From positions 4,368 through 68,367 of the forward strand of contig CAMYMI010000008.1 of NCBI GenBank assembly GCA_947259415.1: DNA of 64,000 nucleotides, in the 5' to 3' direction. Position 1 is the first letter of the stretch. Each line of letters begins with the position of its first letter. Of this stretch, positions 18,163 through 28,547 are shown piece after piece. Both the position numbers and the translations under genes were made by a program. This stretch comes from an uncultured Ectothiorhodospiraceae bacterium (GTDB taxonomy: Bacteria; Pseudomonadota; Gammaproteobacteria; UBA9214). The notes beneath the pieces were generated by a model that did no database searches, was not told the origin of the DNA, and was given only the letters and a program-made list of their open reading frames with translations.

Positions 18163-18795
18163 TTAGTCCCTGGTCACCGGCCCGTTGTGCAACAGCGGCA
18201 GCAGGTGCTCCCGCACCCGGGCCGCGATCTTCGCCTGGGCAGCGTTGTTCGGATGTATGCCGTCGGCCTGCATCAATTCAGTTTCGGTGCCGATCCCCGC
18301 GACCAGTGACGGCAGCAGCGCCACCCCGTGCTCCTCGGCCAGCTCCCGGTAGATCGCTTCAAACTTCCCGGTATACAGCGGTCCGTAATTGGGCGGCAGC
18401 TGGACGCCGATCAGCAGCACCCTGGCACCGTGATCATGGACAGTCGTTATCATCGCGGCCAGGTTGTGTTTCATTGCCTCCGGCGACAGACCGCGCAGGC
18501 CGTCATTGCCACCCAGCTGCAGCAACACGATGTCAGGCCGGTGGCGTGTGATAGTCTGTGACAGTCGTGCGCGCGCGGCCGCGGTGGTGTCACCGCTGAT
18601 GCTGGCATTGACGATCGTGCAGGGACAGTCCTCCGCGGCGAGTTGCTCCTGCAGCAGGGCCACCCAGCCCTGGTCCACCGGCATGCCGTAGGCCGCACTC
18701 AGGCTGTCACCGACAATCAACAGTGTCTCGGCCGCCGCGGGGCGCAGCAGGCAGGTACACATACAACACAGCAGTAGCAGGAATCGGAGTTTCAT
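18163..18795 (-). CDS. tesA: Arylesterase / acyl-CoA thioesterase I (SGNH)
   Basis: Signal peptide from ATG 18795, GDSLSAAYG, NASISGDTT, LGGNDGLRG, QADGIHPN. Divergent, overlapping start with ybbA. Confidence 0.93.
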   Translation of the reverse strand: MKLRFLLLLCCMCTCLLRPAAAETLLIVGDSLSAAYGMPVDQGWVALLQEQLAAEDCPCTIVNASISGDTTAAARARLSQTITRHRPDIVLLQLGGNDGLRGLSPEAMKHNLAAMITTVHDHGARVLLIGVQLPPNYGPLYTGKFEAIYRELAEEHGVALLPSLVAGIGTETELMQADGIHPNNAAQAKIAARVREHLLPLLHNGPVTRD

Positions 18796-19492
18796 GACTG
18801 ATAAACAGGATAGCATCATGGTCGCGGCAAGCGGCCTGAGCAAGCGGGTGGCGACCGCGGCAGGACCGCTGGACATCCTCGCGGATATCGACCTGCAGAT
18901 CCATGCCGGCGAGGCGGTGGCTATCGTGGGTGTCTCGGGTTCCGGAAAATCCACGCTGCTGGGCCTGCTGGCCGGCCTCGACCTGCCGAGCAGCGGCGAT
19001 GTCCGGCTGGCAGGGCACCACATGAACGCGCTCGACGAAGACGGCCGGGCGCAGGTGCGCGGCGAGCTGGTGGGATTTGTGTTCCAGTCGTTCCAGTTGT
19101 TGTCCGGCCTGACCGCACTGGAAAACGTCATGCTGCCACTGGAGCTGGCCAACACGTCCGCGCCGCGCCTGCAGGCGACCGGCTTGCTCGAGCGTGTCGG
19201 GCTGGCAGAGCGGCTGACACATTACCCGAAGCAACTCTCGGGCGGGGAACAGCAGCGCGTCGCCATCGCGCGTGCCTTTTCGATGCAGCCGGCCATCCTG
19301 TTCGCCGACGAACCCACCGGCAACCTCGACAGCAGTACCGGTGAAACGATCATCGACCTGCTGTTCGAACTCAACCACGAACACCACGCCACACTGGTGC
19401 TGGTGACCCACGACGAAGCGCTGGCGGGACGCTGTGAACGCCGCATCCGCCTCGAGGCGGGGCGCGTCGTTGAGCCGGATGGCACAGCATGA
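18794..19492 (+). CDS. ybbA: ABC transporter ATP-binding protein (YbbA-like)
   Basis: GVSGSGKST, LSGGEQQRVA, ADEPTGNLD. Conserved tesA-ybbA-ybbP synteny. Confidence 0.92.
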   Translation: MTDKQDSIMVAASGLSKRVATAAGPLDILADIDLQIHAGEAVAIVGVSGSGKSTLLGLLAGLDLPSSGDVRLAGHHMNALDEDGRAQVRGELVGFVFQSFQLLSGLTALENVMLPLELANTSAPRLQATGLLERVGLAERLTHYPKQLSGGEQQRVAIARAFSMQPAILFADEPTGNLDSSTGETIIDLLFELNHEHHATLVLVTHDEALAGRCERRIRLEAGRVVEPDGTA

Positions 19493-21987
19493 ACCGGGTG
19501 ACGCGCTGGCGCCTGGCCATGCGACTGCTGGCGCGCGACTGGCGCGCCGGTGAACTGCGCATCCTGGGCGCCGCCATTGTCATCGCGGTGGCGGCCAGCA
19601 CTGCCATCGGCTTTTTCACCGACCGGCTGGGCCGCGGCATGATCAACCAGTCGGCCGATTTTCTCGGCGCCGACCTGGTGCTGGAGAGTCCGCGTCCCGT
19701 CAGGACTCAGTGGCTGGCAGAGGCCAGGGACACGGGGTTGCGGACCAGCGAAACACTCGAATTTTCCAGCGTGCTGGTCGTTGGGGACCGGCTGCAGCTG
19801 GCCAGTGTGCGGGCCGTTGATGCCGGTTTCCCGTTGCGCGGCCGCCTGCGCACGGCAGCGGGGCCGTTTCTGACCGATGCCGAGGACGTCACCACCCCCG
19901 CTGCCGGTGAGGCCTGGGCCGCACCGCGCCTGCTGACCCGGCTCGGACTGAACAGCGGCGATACCCTGGCCGTGGGCAAACAGAGCCTGGTGATTGCCAA
20001 GGTGTTGACCTTCGAGCCGGGCGAGGCCGGCAGTCCCTTCGGGCTGGCGCCGCGGCTGCTGATGAACCTGGCCGACGTGCCCGCCACCGGGGTGGTTCAG
20101 CCCGGCAGCCGCCTGACCTACCACTACCTGTTCGCCGGCAGCGAACAGGACATCGCACGCTACCGCGGCTGGCTGAAGTCGCGCCTCGGCCCGAGCCACC
20201 GGCTGGTCGGGGTGCAGGAGGGACGGCGCGCCGTAGGTACCGCGCTGGAACGGGCCGAGCGTTTCCTGGGCCTGGCGGTCATGGCGGCGATCGTGCTGGC
20301 GGGCGTCGCTATCGCCATGGCCGCGCGCCGCTACAGCGAACGCCATTTTGACATGAGCGCAATGCTGCGCTGCCTGGGTGCGACACAGCGCGACCTGCTG
20401 GAACTTTATCTGGCGCAGCTGCTGGTGCTGGGACTGCTGGCCAGTGCCGCCGGCTGCCTGCTGGGATGGCTGGCGCAGCAGGGCCTGCTGGTTTTGCTGG
20501 CAGACCTACTGCCCATGGCACCGTCCGCGCCCCGCGCCTGGCCGCTGCTGGCGGGTCTGTTCACCGGCCTGGTGGTGCTGGCCGGTTTCGCCCTGCCGCC
20601 GGTGTTGCGCCTCAAGCGCGTGCCACCGCTGCGCGTATTGCGGCGTGACCTGTCACCGCTGCCCGGCAACGCCTGGCTGGTATACGGGGCCGCCGTCACC
20701 GCGGTGGTGTTGCTGATGTGGCGCTACACGGACAATGCGAAACTGACCCTGGCTGCACTGGCCGGCGGGGCCGCCGCTCTGGTCGTACTGGGCGTGCTGG
20801 GGTTTGTCCTGCTGGCGCTGGGCCGGCGCCTGCACACCCGGGTGGGCGTCGCCTGGCGCTTCGGTCTCAACAATCTGTGGCGCCGCCGCCGCACCAGTGT
20901 CAGCCAGATCCTGGCCTTCGGACTGGCGCTGATGGCGATGGCGGTGATCGCCCTGGTGCGCAGCGACCTGCTGACCACCTGGGAAAGCCAGCTGCCCGTG
21001 GATGTGCCGAACCACTTCGCCATCAATATCCTGCCGGACCAGGTCGAGGCCGTGCGTGGTTTTATGGATGCGCGCGAGGTCCCGACCACGCAGATCTACC
21101 CCATGGTGCGCGGCCGCCTGGTCAGCATCAACGACGAACCCGTGCGCCAGGCCGTCACCAAGGAGGCACAGTCCGACAACGCGCTCAACCGCGAACTCAA
21201 TTTCACCTGGACTACCGAACTGCAGGAGGACAACAGGATCGTCAACGGGCGCTGGTGGCGCTCGGGGGACAGCGGTCGGCCGCTGGTGTCGGTGGAGTCG
21301 AAGCTGGCAGAACGGCTCGGCATCGAGCTTGATGATGAACTGGGTTTCACGGTCGGGGATGAGCGCTTCAGCGCGCGCGTGGCCAGCATCCGCAGCGTGC
21401 AGTGGGATTCCTTTCGACCCAACTTTTACATGGTGTTTCCGCCCGCTGTGATCGAGCGCTTTCCGGCCACCTACATGACCAGCTTCTACCTGCCGCCCGG
21501 TGACAAGCCGATGCTCATCGAACTGGTGCGCAACTACCCGGCGCTGACCGTGCTGGAGATGGACCTGATCATCGCGCAGGTGGAGCGCATCTTCCGCCAG
21601 GTGACGCTGGCGGTCGAATACGTGCTGCTGTTCGTGCTGCTGGCCGGTTTCGCCGTGCTGTTCGCCGCCCTCCAGGCCAGCCTCGATGAACGCCTCTACG
21701 AAGGCGCGCTGCTGCGCGCCCTCGGTGCCAGCCGCCGCCAGTTGCGCAGTGGTCACCTGGCCGAGTTCATCACCCTCGGTGCACTGGCCGGGCTGGTCGC
21801 CGCCATCGGCACGGAATGCATCGCCTGGGTGCTCTACAGCCAGGTGCTGCACTTCGACTACAGCTTCAAGTGGCCGGTGTGGGTTGCCGCGCCGTTACTG
21901 GGTGCAGTGCTGATCGGGGCGGCCGGCTACCGCGGCACCCGCCCGGTGGTGGAGCGCAGTCCGGCATTGCTGCTGCGCGAGGGCTGA
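19489..21987 (+). CDS. ybbP: ABC transporter permease (YbbP-like, FtsX repeats)
   Basis: RDWRAGEL, PNHF.INI, YPMVRGRL, RELN.TW, R.V.WDSF.PNF. 832 aa. Confidence 0.92.
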   Translation: MNRVTRWRLAMRLLARDWRAGELRILGAAIVIAVAASTAIGFFTDRLGRGMINQSADFLGADLVLESPRPVRTQWLAEARDTGLRTSETLEFSSVLVVGDRLQLASVRAVDAGFPLRGRLRTAAGPFLTDAEDVTTPAAGEAWAAPRLLTRLGLNSGDTLAVGKQSLVIAKVLTFEPGEAGSPFGLAPRLLMNLADVPATGVVQPGSRLTYHYLFAGSEQDIARYRGWLKSRLGPSHRLVGVQEGRRAVGTALERAERFLGLAVMAAIVLAGVAIAMAARRYSERHFDMSAMLRCLGATQRDLLELYLAQLLVLGLLASAAGCLLGWLAQQGLLVLLADLLPMAPSAPRAWPLLAGLFTGLVVLAGFALPPVLRLKRVPPLRVLRRDLSPLPGNAWLVYGAAVTAVVLLMWRYTDNAKLTLAALAGGAAALVVLGVLGFVLLALGRRLHTRVGVAWRFGLNNLWRRRRTSVSQILAFGLALMAMAVIALVRSDLLTTWESQLPVDVPNHFAINILPDQVEAVRGFMDAREVPTTQIYPMVRGRLVSINDEPVRQAVTKEAQSDNALNRELNFTWTTELQEDNRIVNGRWWRSGDSGRPLVSVESKLAERLGIELDDELGFTVGDERFSARVASIRSVQWDSFRPNFYMVFPPAVIERFPATYMTSFYLPPGDKPMLIELVRNYPALTVLEMDLIIAQVERIFRQVTLAVEYVLLFVLLAGFAVLFAALQASLDERLYEGALLRALGASRRQLRSGHLAEFITLGALAGLVAAIGTECIAWVLYSQVLHFDYSFKWPVWVAAPLLGAVLIGAAGYRGTRPVVERSPALLLREG

Positions 21988-22000
21988 CAGGGGCAAGCGG

Positions 22001-22234
22001 ATGAAGCAGTGTGCCCACTGTGACTACAGCGGCCGGCCGCGCCTCGAACCCGCCTGGCTGCTGTGGCTGGCCCTGCTGATCTGGCTGGTGCCGCTGGGTT
22101 TCCTGTCCAGGGGCTTCTGGCCGTTCCTGCTGCTGCCGTCGATTGCCGTCAGCGCCTGGGCCTTTATGGCCGTGCGCCGGGTGTGTCCGCAGTGCGGCCG
22201 GCAGTGGGAGAATACCGCGGCCGGTGATGCATAG
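22001..22234 (+). CDS. Small membrane protein with split CxxC zinc ribbon
   Basis: CAHC, two TM helices, CPQC. Follows ybbP on the same strand. Confidence 0.7.
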   Translation: MKQCAHCDYSGRPRLEPAWLLWLALLIWLVPLGFLSRGFWPFLLLPSIAVSAWAFMAVRRVCPQCGRQWENTAAGDA

Positions 22235-22350
22235 AAGCTTTCGCGAAGGTATGCAGGTTGAGTTGAATCGCGCCAGCGACGAACCCGGTAACCGCAAAAG
22301 GTAAGAGACCGGCAACCCGAATGCAGTAACGGGAAATCCGGGGAGGGGTA

Positions 22351-22647
22351 TCAGCGTCGCTGGTACTTGCGCGCGCTGCGCACCATGGCGCGCACACGTG
22401 CCATGTGATGTCCCATGCTGGTGAGGACCTGGCGTTCCACGTCATCGAAGGCACGCCGCCGGTCGCAGCCATCGATCCCGCCGCCGGCCTGGCAGATGTC
22501 GAGGACAAACTTGTCCATGCAGGCCTGAAGTTCCTCCTCGGCACAACCGAGACAGCCATCCTGCACGGGGTCGCAGGCCAGCGCGGCACCCGAACAGAGT
22601 GCCAGGATCAGTAAACCGTAGCTTGCCCCAATCTTTAATAACTTCAT
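22351..22647 (-). CDS. Hypothetical secreted Cys-rich protein
   Basis: Signal peptide MKLLKIG...ALA, six Cys in the mature part, GAGG RBS upstream. Confidence 0.65.
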   Translation of the reverse strand: MKLLKIGASYGLLILALCSGAALACDPVQDGCLGCAEEELQACMDKFVLDICQAGGGIDGCDRRRAFDDVERQVLTSMGHHMARVRAMVRSARKYQRR

Positions 22648-22745
22648 GTTATACCTCAATAATTTAGAGTTTTTATTGTCCCGGGCGGGTGCGCCGCGCG
22701 TGGTTATTCTAGCCTAGTACATATAGACGGCAGCCCGTGAGCAAT

Positions 22746-22817
22746 TATTTAGGTAAAAAAGGGGACATTCTACATTTTCATTCTCAGGGTTATTAAAAAA
22801 GTAGAATGATCCCGTTT
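22746..22817. repeat. GGGGACA...TGTCCCC-type hairpin repeat
   Basis: AAAAGGGGACATTCTAC ... GTAGAATGATCCCGTTT (starts ~22755). Confidence 0.6.
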
Positions 22818-22981
22818 CGCCGTGGTTGGCCGTACAGCGGTTTTGTCATTAGAATCGAAACAAACACGAACCAGCCCTTGCAACAGTGCTACTGACGGCG
22901 CCGGTGCGCTTCAATTCGGTTCACCTTTTCTGTGATAACAACAGCAGTCGAGGATGCTGCGACCACTCCTGGAGGAGCCTC

Positions 22982-24343
22982 ATGTCCGATTCCATAAAGT
23001 ACACGCTCGACGAGCAGGATATTCCCAAGTCCTGGTACAACATTGTCGCCGACCTGCCGAGTCCGCCGCCGCCGGTGCTGCATCCCGGTACCACGCAGCC
23101 GATCGGTCCGGACGATCTGGCGCCGATCTTTCCCATGGCGGTGATTGAGCAGGAGGTCAGTCAGGAGCGCGAGATCGAGATCCCCGAGCCGGTGCGCGAT
23201 GTCTACCGCCAGTGGCGCCCGACACCGCTGTACCGCGCGCGGCGCCTGGAGCAGGCGCTGGATACCCCGGCCCGGATCTACTACAAGTACGAGGGTGTCA
23301 GTCCGGCCGGCAGCCACAAACCCAATACCGCGATCCCGCAGGCGTTCTACAACAAGCAGGAAGGCATCAAGCGCATCATTACTGAGACCGGGGCCGGGCA
23401 GTGGGGTTCGGCGCTTGCAATCGCCGGCGCCTTCTTCGGCATCGATGTCGAGGTGTTCATGGTACGGGTCAGCTTCGATCAGAAACCCTACCGCCGCACC
23501 TTCATGCAGAGTTTCGGGGCGCAGTGCATCGCCAGCCCCAGCGACCTCACCGCCTCCGGGCGCGCGATCCTTGAGGAACACCCGGACAGCACCGGCAGCC
23601 TGGGCATTGCCATCAGCGAGGCGGTGGAGCGGGCCGTGCAGCGCGACGACAGCAAGTACGCGCTGGGCAGTGTGCTCAATCATGTCCTGCTGCACCAGAC
23701 GGTCATCGGTCAGGAGGCGCGTCGCCAGTTCGATCTCGCCGACGACTATCCCGATGTGGTGGTGGGCTGCACCGGCGGCGGCAGCAACTTTGCCGGTGTC
23801 GCGTTCCCCTTCCTGGGCGAGCGCCTGCGCGGCGGTCCCGCGACCGAGTTCGTCGCCGTGGAACCGGCGGCCTGCCCGACGCTGACCAAAGGCAAGTACG
23901 CCTACGACTTCGGCGACACCGCGCACCTGACGCCGCTGGTCAAGATGCACACCCTGGGTTCCACCTACGTCCCGCCGGGCTTCCACGCCGGCGGTCTGCG
24001 CTACCACGGCATGGCACCGCTGCTGAGCCACATCACCGAGCAGGAATACATCAAGCCGCGCGCCTACCAGCAGCTGACATGTTTCGAGGCCGGCCTGCAG
24101 TTCGCCCAGGCGGAAGGGATCCTGCCCGCGCCGGAGGCGAACCATGCCGTCAAGGGTGCCATCGACGAGGCCTTGAAGTGCAAGGAGGAGGGGGTGAGCC
24201 GCTGTATCCTGTTCAACCTGTGCGGCCATGGCCACTTCGACATGCAGGCCTACCGCGACTACATGGACGGCAAGCTGACCGACCAGGTTTACGAGGAGTC
24301 CGAGATCGCCATGGCACTTGCGGGCCTGCCTTCGGTAGCCTAG
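22982..24343 (+). CDS. trpB2: TrpB-like PLP enzyme (tryptophan synthase beta 2)
   Basis: [84 protein letters not shown]. Confidence 0.95.
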   Translation: MSDSIKYTLDEQDIPKSWYNIVADLPSPPPPVLHPGTTQPIGPDDLAPIFPMAVIEQEVSQEREIEIPEPVRDVYRQWRPTPLYRARRLEQALDTPARIYYKYEGVSPAGSHKPNTAIPQAFYNKQEGIKRIITETGAGQWGSALAIAGAFFGIDVEVFMVRVSFDQKPYRRTFMQSFGAQCIASPSDLTASGRAILEEHPDSTGSLGIAISEAVERAVQRDDSKYALGSVLNHVLLHQTVIGQEARRQFDLADDYPDVVVGCTGGGSNFAGVAFPFLGERLRGGPATEFVAVEPAACPTLTKGKYAYDFGDTAHLTPLVKMHTLGSTYVPPGFHAGGLRYHGMAPLLSHITEQEYIKPRAYQQLTCFEAGLQFAQAEGILPAPEANHAVKGAIDEALKCKEEGVSRCILFNLCGHGHFDMQAYRDYMDGKLTDQVYEESEIAMALAGLPSVA

Positions 24344-24719
24344 AAAACAGCAGTGCAGATGGGGAAAGTTCTGTAGCCGTGCTGCAATATAACGTACAGT
24401 CCTTTGCAACGACTTGGGCATGCAGTTTTGAAGCGAAAGTCAATGGACCGAGGCCATGAAATAGTCAGTGATTACAGGGATAGAATTCCCTCTCCCATGA
24501 GTGGGAGAGGGTAGGGTGAGGGTTGATCATTCATGTAGTTAAGAAACTTCGTTTCACAACTCTCATCCTGACCTGCCCCCCCTTGAAGGGGAGAAGGAAT
24601 TAAGTGGGACAGTCCCCTTTTTACCCCTGTCTGTACGAGATTACAGTGGCTTGAATAATGTAGACTGCGGCCCGAAAGACTGGACAGTTTCGATTCGCCA
24701 ATCAACCGCGGTGTAAACC

Positions 24720-25811
24720 ATGAACGAAATGACACAGCAGTTAATCGACTGGGTGGCCACCATCGCCCCGAACCGTTACGTGCAGGCGTTGATCGTTGTC
24801 GTCGTCTTCCTGGTGGCGGCCAAGATCGTCAACCTGTTCATTACCCGGGTGATCCGCCGGTTCGTTGGCCGCACCCGCGGCCAGTTCGATGACCAGCTGA
24901 TCGACATAGTCGAGCAACCCATCTTCCTGACCGTGGTGCTGGTCGGCCTGTCCATCGCCACCAAGCTGCTGGCGTTGCCGGAGGCGGCCAGCAAGGTGAC
25001 CCTGGCACTGCTGACCACCTTCGTGGTGTTGATCTGGTCCGCCTTCCTGATCCGCTTGACGCGACTGGTGCTGACCACAATCAGTGCGCTGCCCGACCGT
25101 TTCAGGATGGTGCAGAAACAGACCTTGCCGCTGTTCAATAACCTGGCGACCATCATCATCGTCGCCGTCGCGCTGTATTTCATCTTCATCGCCTGGAACA
25201 TTAACATCACGGCCTGGGTTGCCTCCGCCGGTATCATCGGCATCGCCGTCAGCTTCGCGGCCAAGGACACCCTGTCGAACCTGTTCTCCGGTGTCTTCAT
25301 CCTGGCCGATGCACCCTACAAGATCGGGGATTTCATCATCCTGGACTCGGGCGAGCGCGGCATGGTGACTAACATCGGCATTCGCAGTACCCGCCTGTTG
25401 ACCCGCGACGACGTTGAGATCACCGTGCCCAACGGTGTTATGGGCAACGCCAAGATCACCAACGAGGCCGGCGGGCCGTACGCAAACCGCCGCATCCGCG
25501 TCAAGGTGGGGGTCGCCTATGGCTCCGACATCGACCAGGTTCGCGCCATCCTGCTTGACGTGGCAGAGAACAATCCCGCCGTCTGCAAGGACCCCGAGCC
25601 GCGCGTGCGCTTCCGCACCTTCGGTGAATCGGGGCTGGATATCGAGCTGCTGTGCTGGATCGACGAGCCGGTACTCACCGGGCGGGTGCTGGATTCGCTC
25701 AACACCGAGGTCTACAAGCGGTTCCAGGCCGAGGGCATCGAAATTCCCTATCCGAAACGCGATGTTTATTTCCACTCAAAACAGGCGCCGGCGGCCGGTG
25801 GTACCGATTAA
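24720..25811 (+). CDS. mscS: Small-conductance mechanosensitive channel
   Basis: AGIIGIAVSFAAKDTLSNLFSG, PYKIGD, IGIRSTR, VPN, VGVAYGSD, GIEIPYP. Confidence 0.93.
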   Translation: MNEMTQQLIDWVATIAPNRYVQALIVVVVFLVAAKIVNLFITRVIRRFVGRTRGQFDDQLIDIVEQPIFLTVVLVGLSIATKLLALPEAASKVTLALLTTFVVLIWSAFLIRLTRLVLTTISALPDRFRMVQKQTLPLFNNLATIIIVAVALYFIFIAWNINITAWVASAGIIGIAVSFAAKDTLSNLFSGVFILADAPYKIGDFIILDSGERGMVTNIGIRSTRLLTRDDVEITVPNGVMGNAKITNEAGGPYANRRIRVKVGVAYGSDIDQVRAILLDVAENNPAVCKDPEPRVRFRTFGESGLDIELLCWIDEPVLTGRVLDSLNTEVYKRFQAEGIEIPYPKRDVYFHSKQAPAAGGTD

Positions 25812-26060
25812 CCGGGATGAGGGGATGTTTGGTGTTATTACACGATTCTCAAAGAATGGTGAGCTGACCGCGCTATCCCACAAAAACAATCGCGCCTGCG
25901 ACGTGTTTCTGCAATGCCAAATCATTTCTGTAGGAGCGCCTCGTTTATGCCCGGCGCTTAATCGGGTGCAGGCGCGATTGCGCAGGATCAGTGCAGCGTA
26001 ATCAGACGGGAACATCGTCGGGTTACGGCCTGCGGTTCTGCCACTGACAGGTTTCAGCTA

Positions 26061-26474
26061 TCAGTTTTCGTCCTGTGGCGGCTTGTTGAACAGGCGCTCG
26101 ATCTCTGTACGGGCCTGTTCTGATTCCGTCTCACGGGTGGACGTGCCTGTTTCCGGTGCAGCTGCATCCTCCGGTGTCGCGCCGAACAATGAGTCCAGTT
26201 CCTTGCGGGCACCCTGTTCCGCGTCCTGTTCCCCGGGAGCGTAGGCGCCCGGCCGTGGCTTGAAGTACTGGCAGAAATTGGCCCGTTCACGGTCCAGCGG
26301 CGGCTCGGCATGGTCGTGGTCACAGTAGCCGGTCATGCGCGGGTTGTAGGACCGGCACAACCGGCACACGTGCAGGTCCGCCGAGCAACGGAAGCACTGC
26401 TCCAGGCGCGTGATCGGTCGCTGCTCCGGCTTTACCGCCGCACCGCAGCGCCAGCAAACGATTGGCTTTCCCAT
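26061..26474 (-). CDS. Hypothetical Cys-rich (zinc-binding) protein
   Basis: CWRC, CFRC, HVCRLC, C, NFCQYF and a C-terminal LDSLFG motif. Confidence 0.75.
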   Translation of the reverse strand: MGKPIVCWRCGAAVKPEQRPITRLEQCFRCSADLHVCRLCRSYNPRMTGYCDHDHAEPPLDRERANFCQYFKPRPGAYAPGEQDAEQGARKELDSLFGATPEDAAAPETGTSTRETESEQARTEIERLFNKPPQDEN

Positions 26475-26716
26475 GACAGTGCCAGTTTAGCAGTGAATGA
26501 AAAAAGGGTCGTTCCGGTTTTTTTCATCCCTCAGCCCCCTTCTCCCCAGGGGAGAAGGGGATACCTGGGAAGTCGTGATGCCGGTGAAATCGGGGGATGC
26601 CGCCTTTTTATACCCAGGTGCACGACAATCGCTGTAGAGGTGGTCCCACGGCCGCGATTGCTGTCACTCGATAGCGTGCCGATGATCAGTGCACCGGCAG
26701 TGGCAAGACCATCAAT

Positions 26717-27235
26717 TCAGAAACCGACCCCCACACCGCCACCCCAGTGTCCGCCGCTACTCGCACCGATGCCGAAATGGACGCTGCTACCACGGTACCT
26801 CCTGTCCCTGGGCCAGAGGTAGAGTTGCCGGGCGGCGATGACCGGGTAACGATAGTCCGATGCATCGATCTGCCCGGCCAGGGTGCCAGCCACCTTTCCG
26901 ACCGTGGTGATCAGCCGGCCTTCGGCATAGCTCGCCGGTTCCAGGAATCCGGCCCGCTCGAGGATGAAGCGTCCCAGCGGCTCACGGTGGCGCTGCGGCC
27001 GCTGGTCAGAGTCGAGCGGGTAGGCCAGCACCTCGACCTGCGTCTTGTCTTTCAGGTTGATGGTGGTCAGGATGGTACCGCCCCAGAGCACATACTTCCC
27101 CCCGGCCAGCTGCGGTTCGGCAGTGACGCCCCGGGGTGTCAGCGAGCGGTCGACTCCGCCGGTATTAAAGGTCGGAGTGCTGGCGCAGGCACTCAGCAGC
27201 AGCAGGATGATAAACAGATTGCAGCGTGTCAGCAT
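26717..27235 (-). CDS. Slp family outer-membrane lipoprotein
   Basis: LSAC lipobox, V.WGG.I, EVLAYPLD, GRF, GFLEP..Y..GR, Y.YPV. Confidence 0.88.
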   Translation of the reverse strand: MLTRCNLFIILLLLSACASTPTFNTGGVDRSLTPRGVTAEPQLAGGKYVLWGGTILTTINLKDKTQVEVLAYPLDSDQRPQRHREPLGRFILERAGFLEPASYAEGRLITTVGKVAGTLAGQIDASDYRYPVIAARQLYLWPRDRRYRGSSVHFGIGASSGGHWGGGVGVGF

Positions 27236-27246
27236 AAAAGTTCCGG

Positions 27247-27807
27247 TCAACGCCAGTGGCGGTAGGGATAGCCGTGTCGATACCAGGGGTCGTGCCACCA
27301 CGGCCAGGGGTACCAGGGATCGTGCCACCAGGGATCGTCGTAGAAGTAGGATCGTTCGGTTTGCCTGGGCCACAGGTACCAGGTCTTCGCCTGTACAACG
27401 GGATAGTGATAGGGGTATTCCCCAACGGTGCCTTTTTCGGTGCGCAGCAGCGTACCGGTGACGGTGACCCGGCGATCGGGGGCATAGACCTTCGGATCCA
27501 GGAATTCGGACACGACGGCGATGAAACGTCCGGCACTGTCATCGGTCAACTCGGGCTCCCCGGATTTACTCAGGGGCCGCCCCAGCACGATGAGCCGGGT
27601 GGTGTCTTCCCGGTTGCCGGTCTCGATGATCGTACCGCCCCAGCGCACCTGTTGACCCAGGTAGTCGGACATATGTTCGCGCACCTGTCCGAGCGACGGA
27701 TTGTCGGCAGGTGCCTGCCTGATGTTCTGCGGAACCTGTGAGGCGCACGCGCTCAGCAGTACAGTCATCAGCAGCACGGCATCGGTCATTGCAATGCGGT
27801 AGCACAT
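27247..27807 (-). CDS. Slp family outer-membrane lipoprotein
   Basis: LSAC lipobox, VRWGG.I, GRF, FLDP..Y..R.VTV.G, Y.YPVV. Trp/Pro/His/Tyr-rich repetitive tail. Confidence 0.88.
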   Translation of the reverse strand: MCYRIAMTDAVLLMTVLLSACASQVPQNIRQAPADNPSLGQVREHMSDYLGQQVRWGGTIIETGNREDTTRLIVLGRPLSKSGEPELTDDSAGRFIAVVSEFLDPKVYAPDRRVTVTGTLLRTEKGTVGEYPYHYPVVQAKTWYLWPRQTERSYFYDDPWWHDPWYPWPWWHDPWYRHGYPYRHWR

Positions 27808-27911
27808 GTTAATAGTCTAGGATAATCACGCAGGGTGCGCCGTGCGTACCACCACAGCGGCGATTTATTCAAACTGCCATGCAATTGGGCGATAGGGTTT
27901 CCAAACATCCC

Positions 27912-28412
27912 CTGCAGGAGGGCCACGTTTATGCCCTGCGCTAAATCGGGTGCAGGCGCGAAAAAATGCACATCCCCTCTCCCTCCGGGAGAGGGAAAAA
28001 ACAGTCCCTGCTGCTATTCCCCTCTCCCCTCGGGGGAGCACCCTAAAAGGCATAAAAGGCTAGGGTGAGGTGATAAAAACGGGCAGTCGCAAATTGCCTT
28101 GTCACCCCTCATCCTCGGTAACTACTCCATGCGTCGCCTAAAGCGCCTACTTTTTGCTGCTCTACCTCCTGCAGTCACTCCGGGTTTCCTCGGCAATTGC
28201 TCCTGCATCGCCTAAAGCGCCTACTTTTGGTGCTCTACCTCCTGCATGGCCCAGGCCAGCCTCTCGACCGGTTCCCGGTCTCACCTTCTCCCTGCAGTCG
28301 TGCCCTCACGTGACACTTGTACTTCCATGTACAGCGTCCATGCAGTCGCCCAACCTTCTCCCCTCAAGGGGAGAAGGATATGAAATTAAAAAACCGGAAT
28401 GTCCCGTTTTTC
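27912..28412. repeat. Composite, nested palindromic repeat cluster
   Basis: REP with an insert (27912-27961) and boxC-like hairpins. A ~235-bp insert (28113-28348) splits GTCACCCCTCAT|CCCAACCTTCTCCCC, which is uninterrupted at 39589-39615. Confidence 0.75.
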
Positions 28413-28547
28413 AAAGCGTGCAAATAGAAGCATGCTAGGATCGTCTTCCAACTTGCAGACTGAGGGGACCATGATCACGCACACGTTCAATGGCGCCGGC
28501 CACCTGCGAACTGTCGACCCGGACAGGCCGCTGAAACTGTCGACCTG

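Noticed and set aside
22889-24421. 510-aa minus-strand ORF
   Set aside because: Antisense to trpB2, and the track's coordinates and translation show no recognisable domain.
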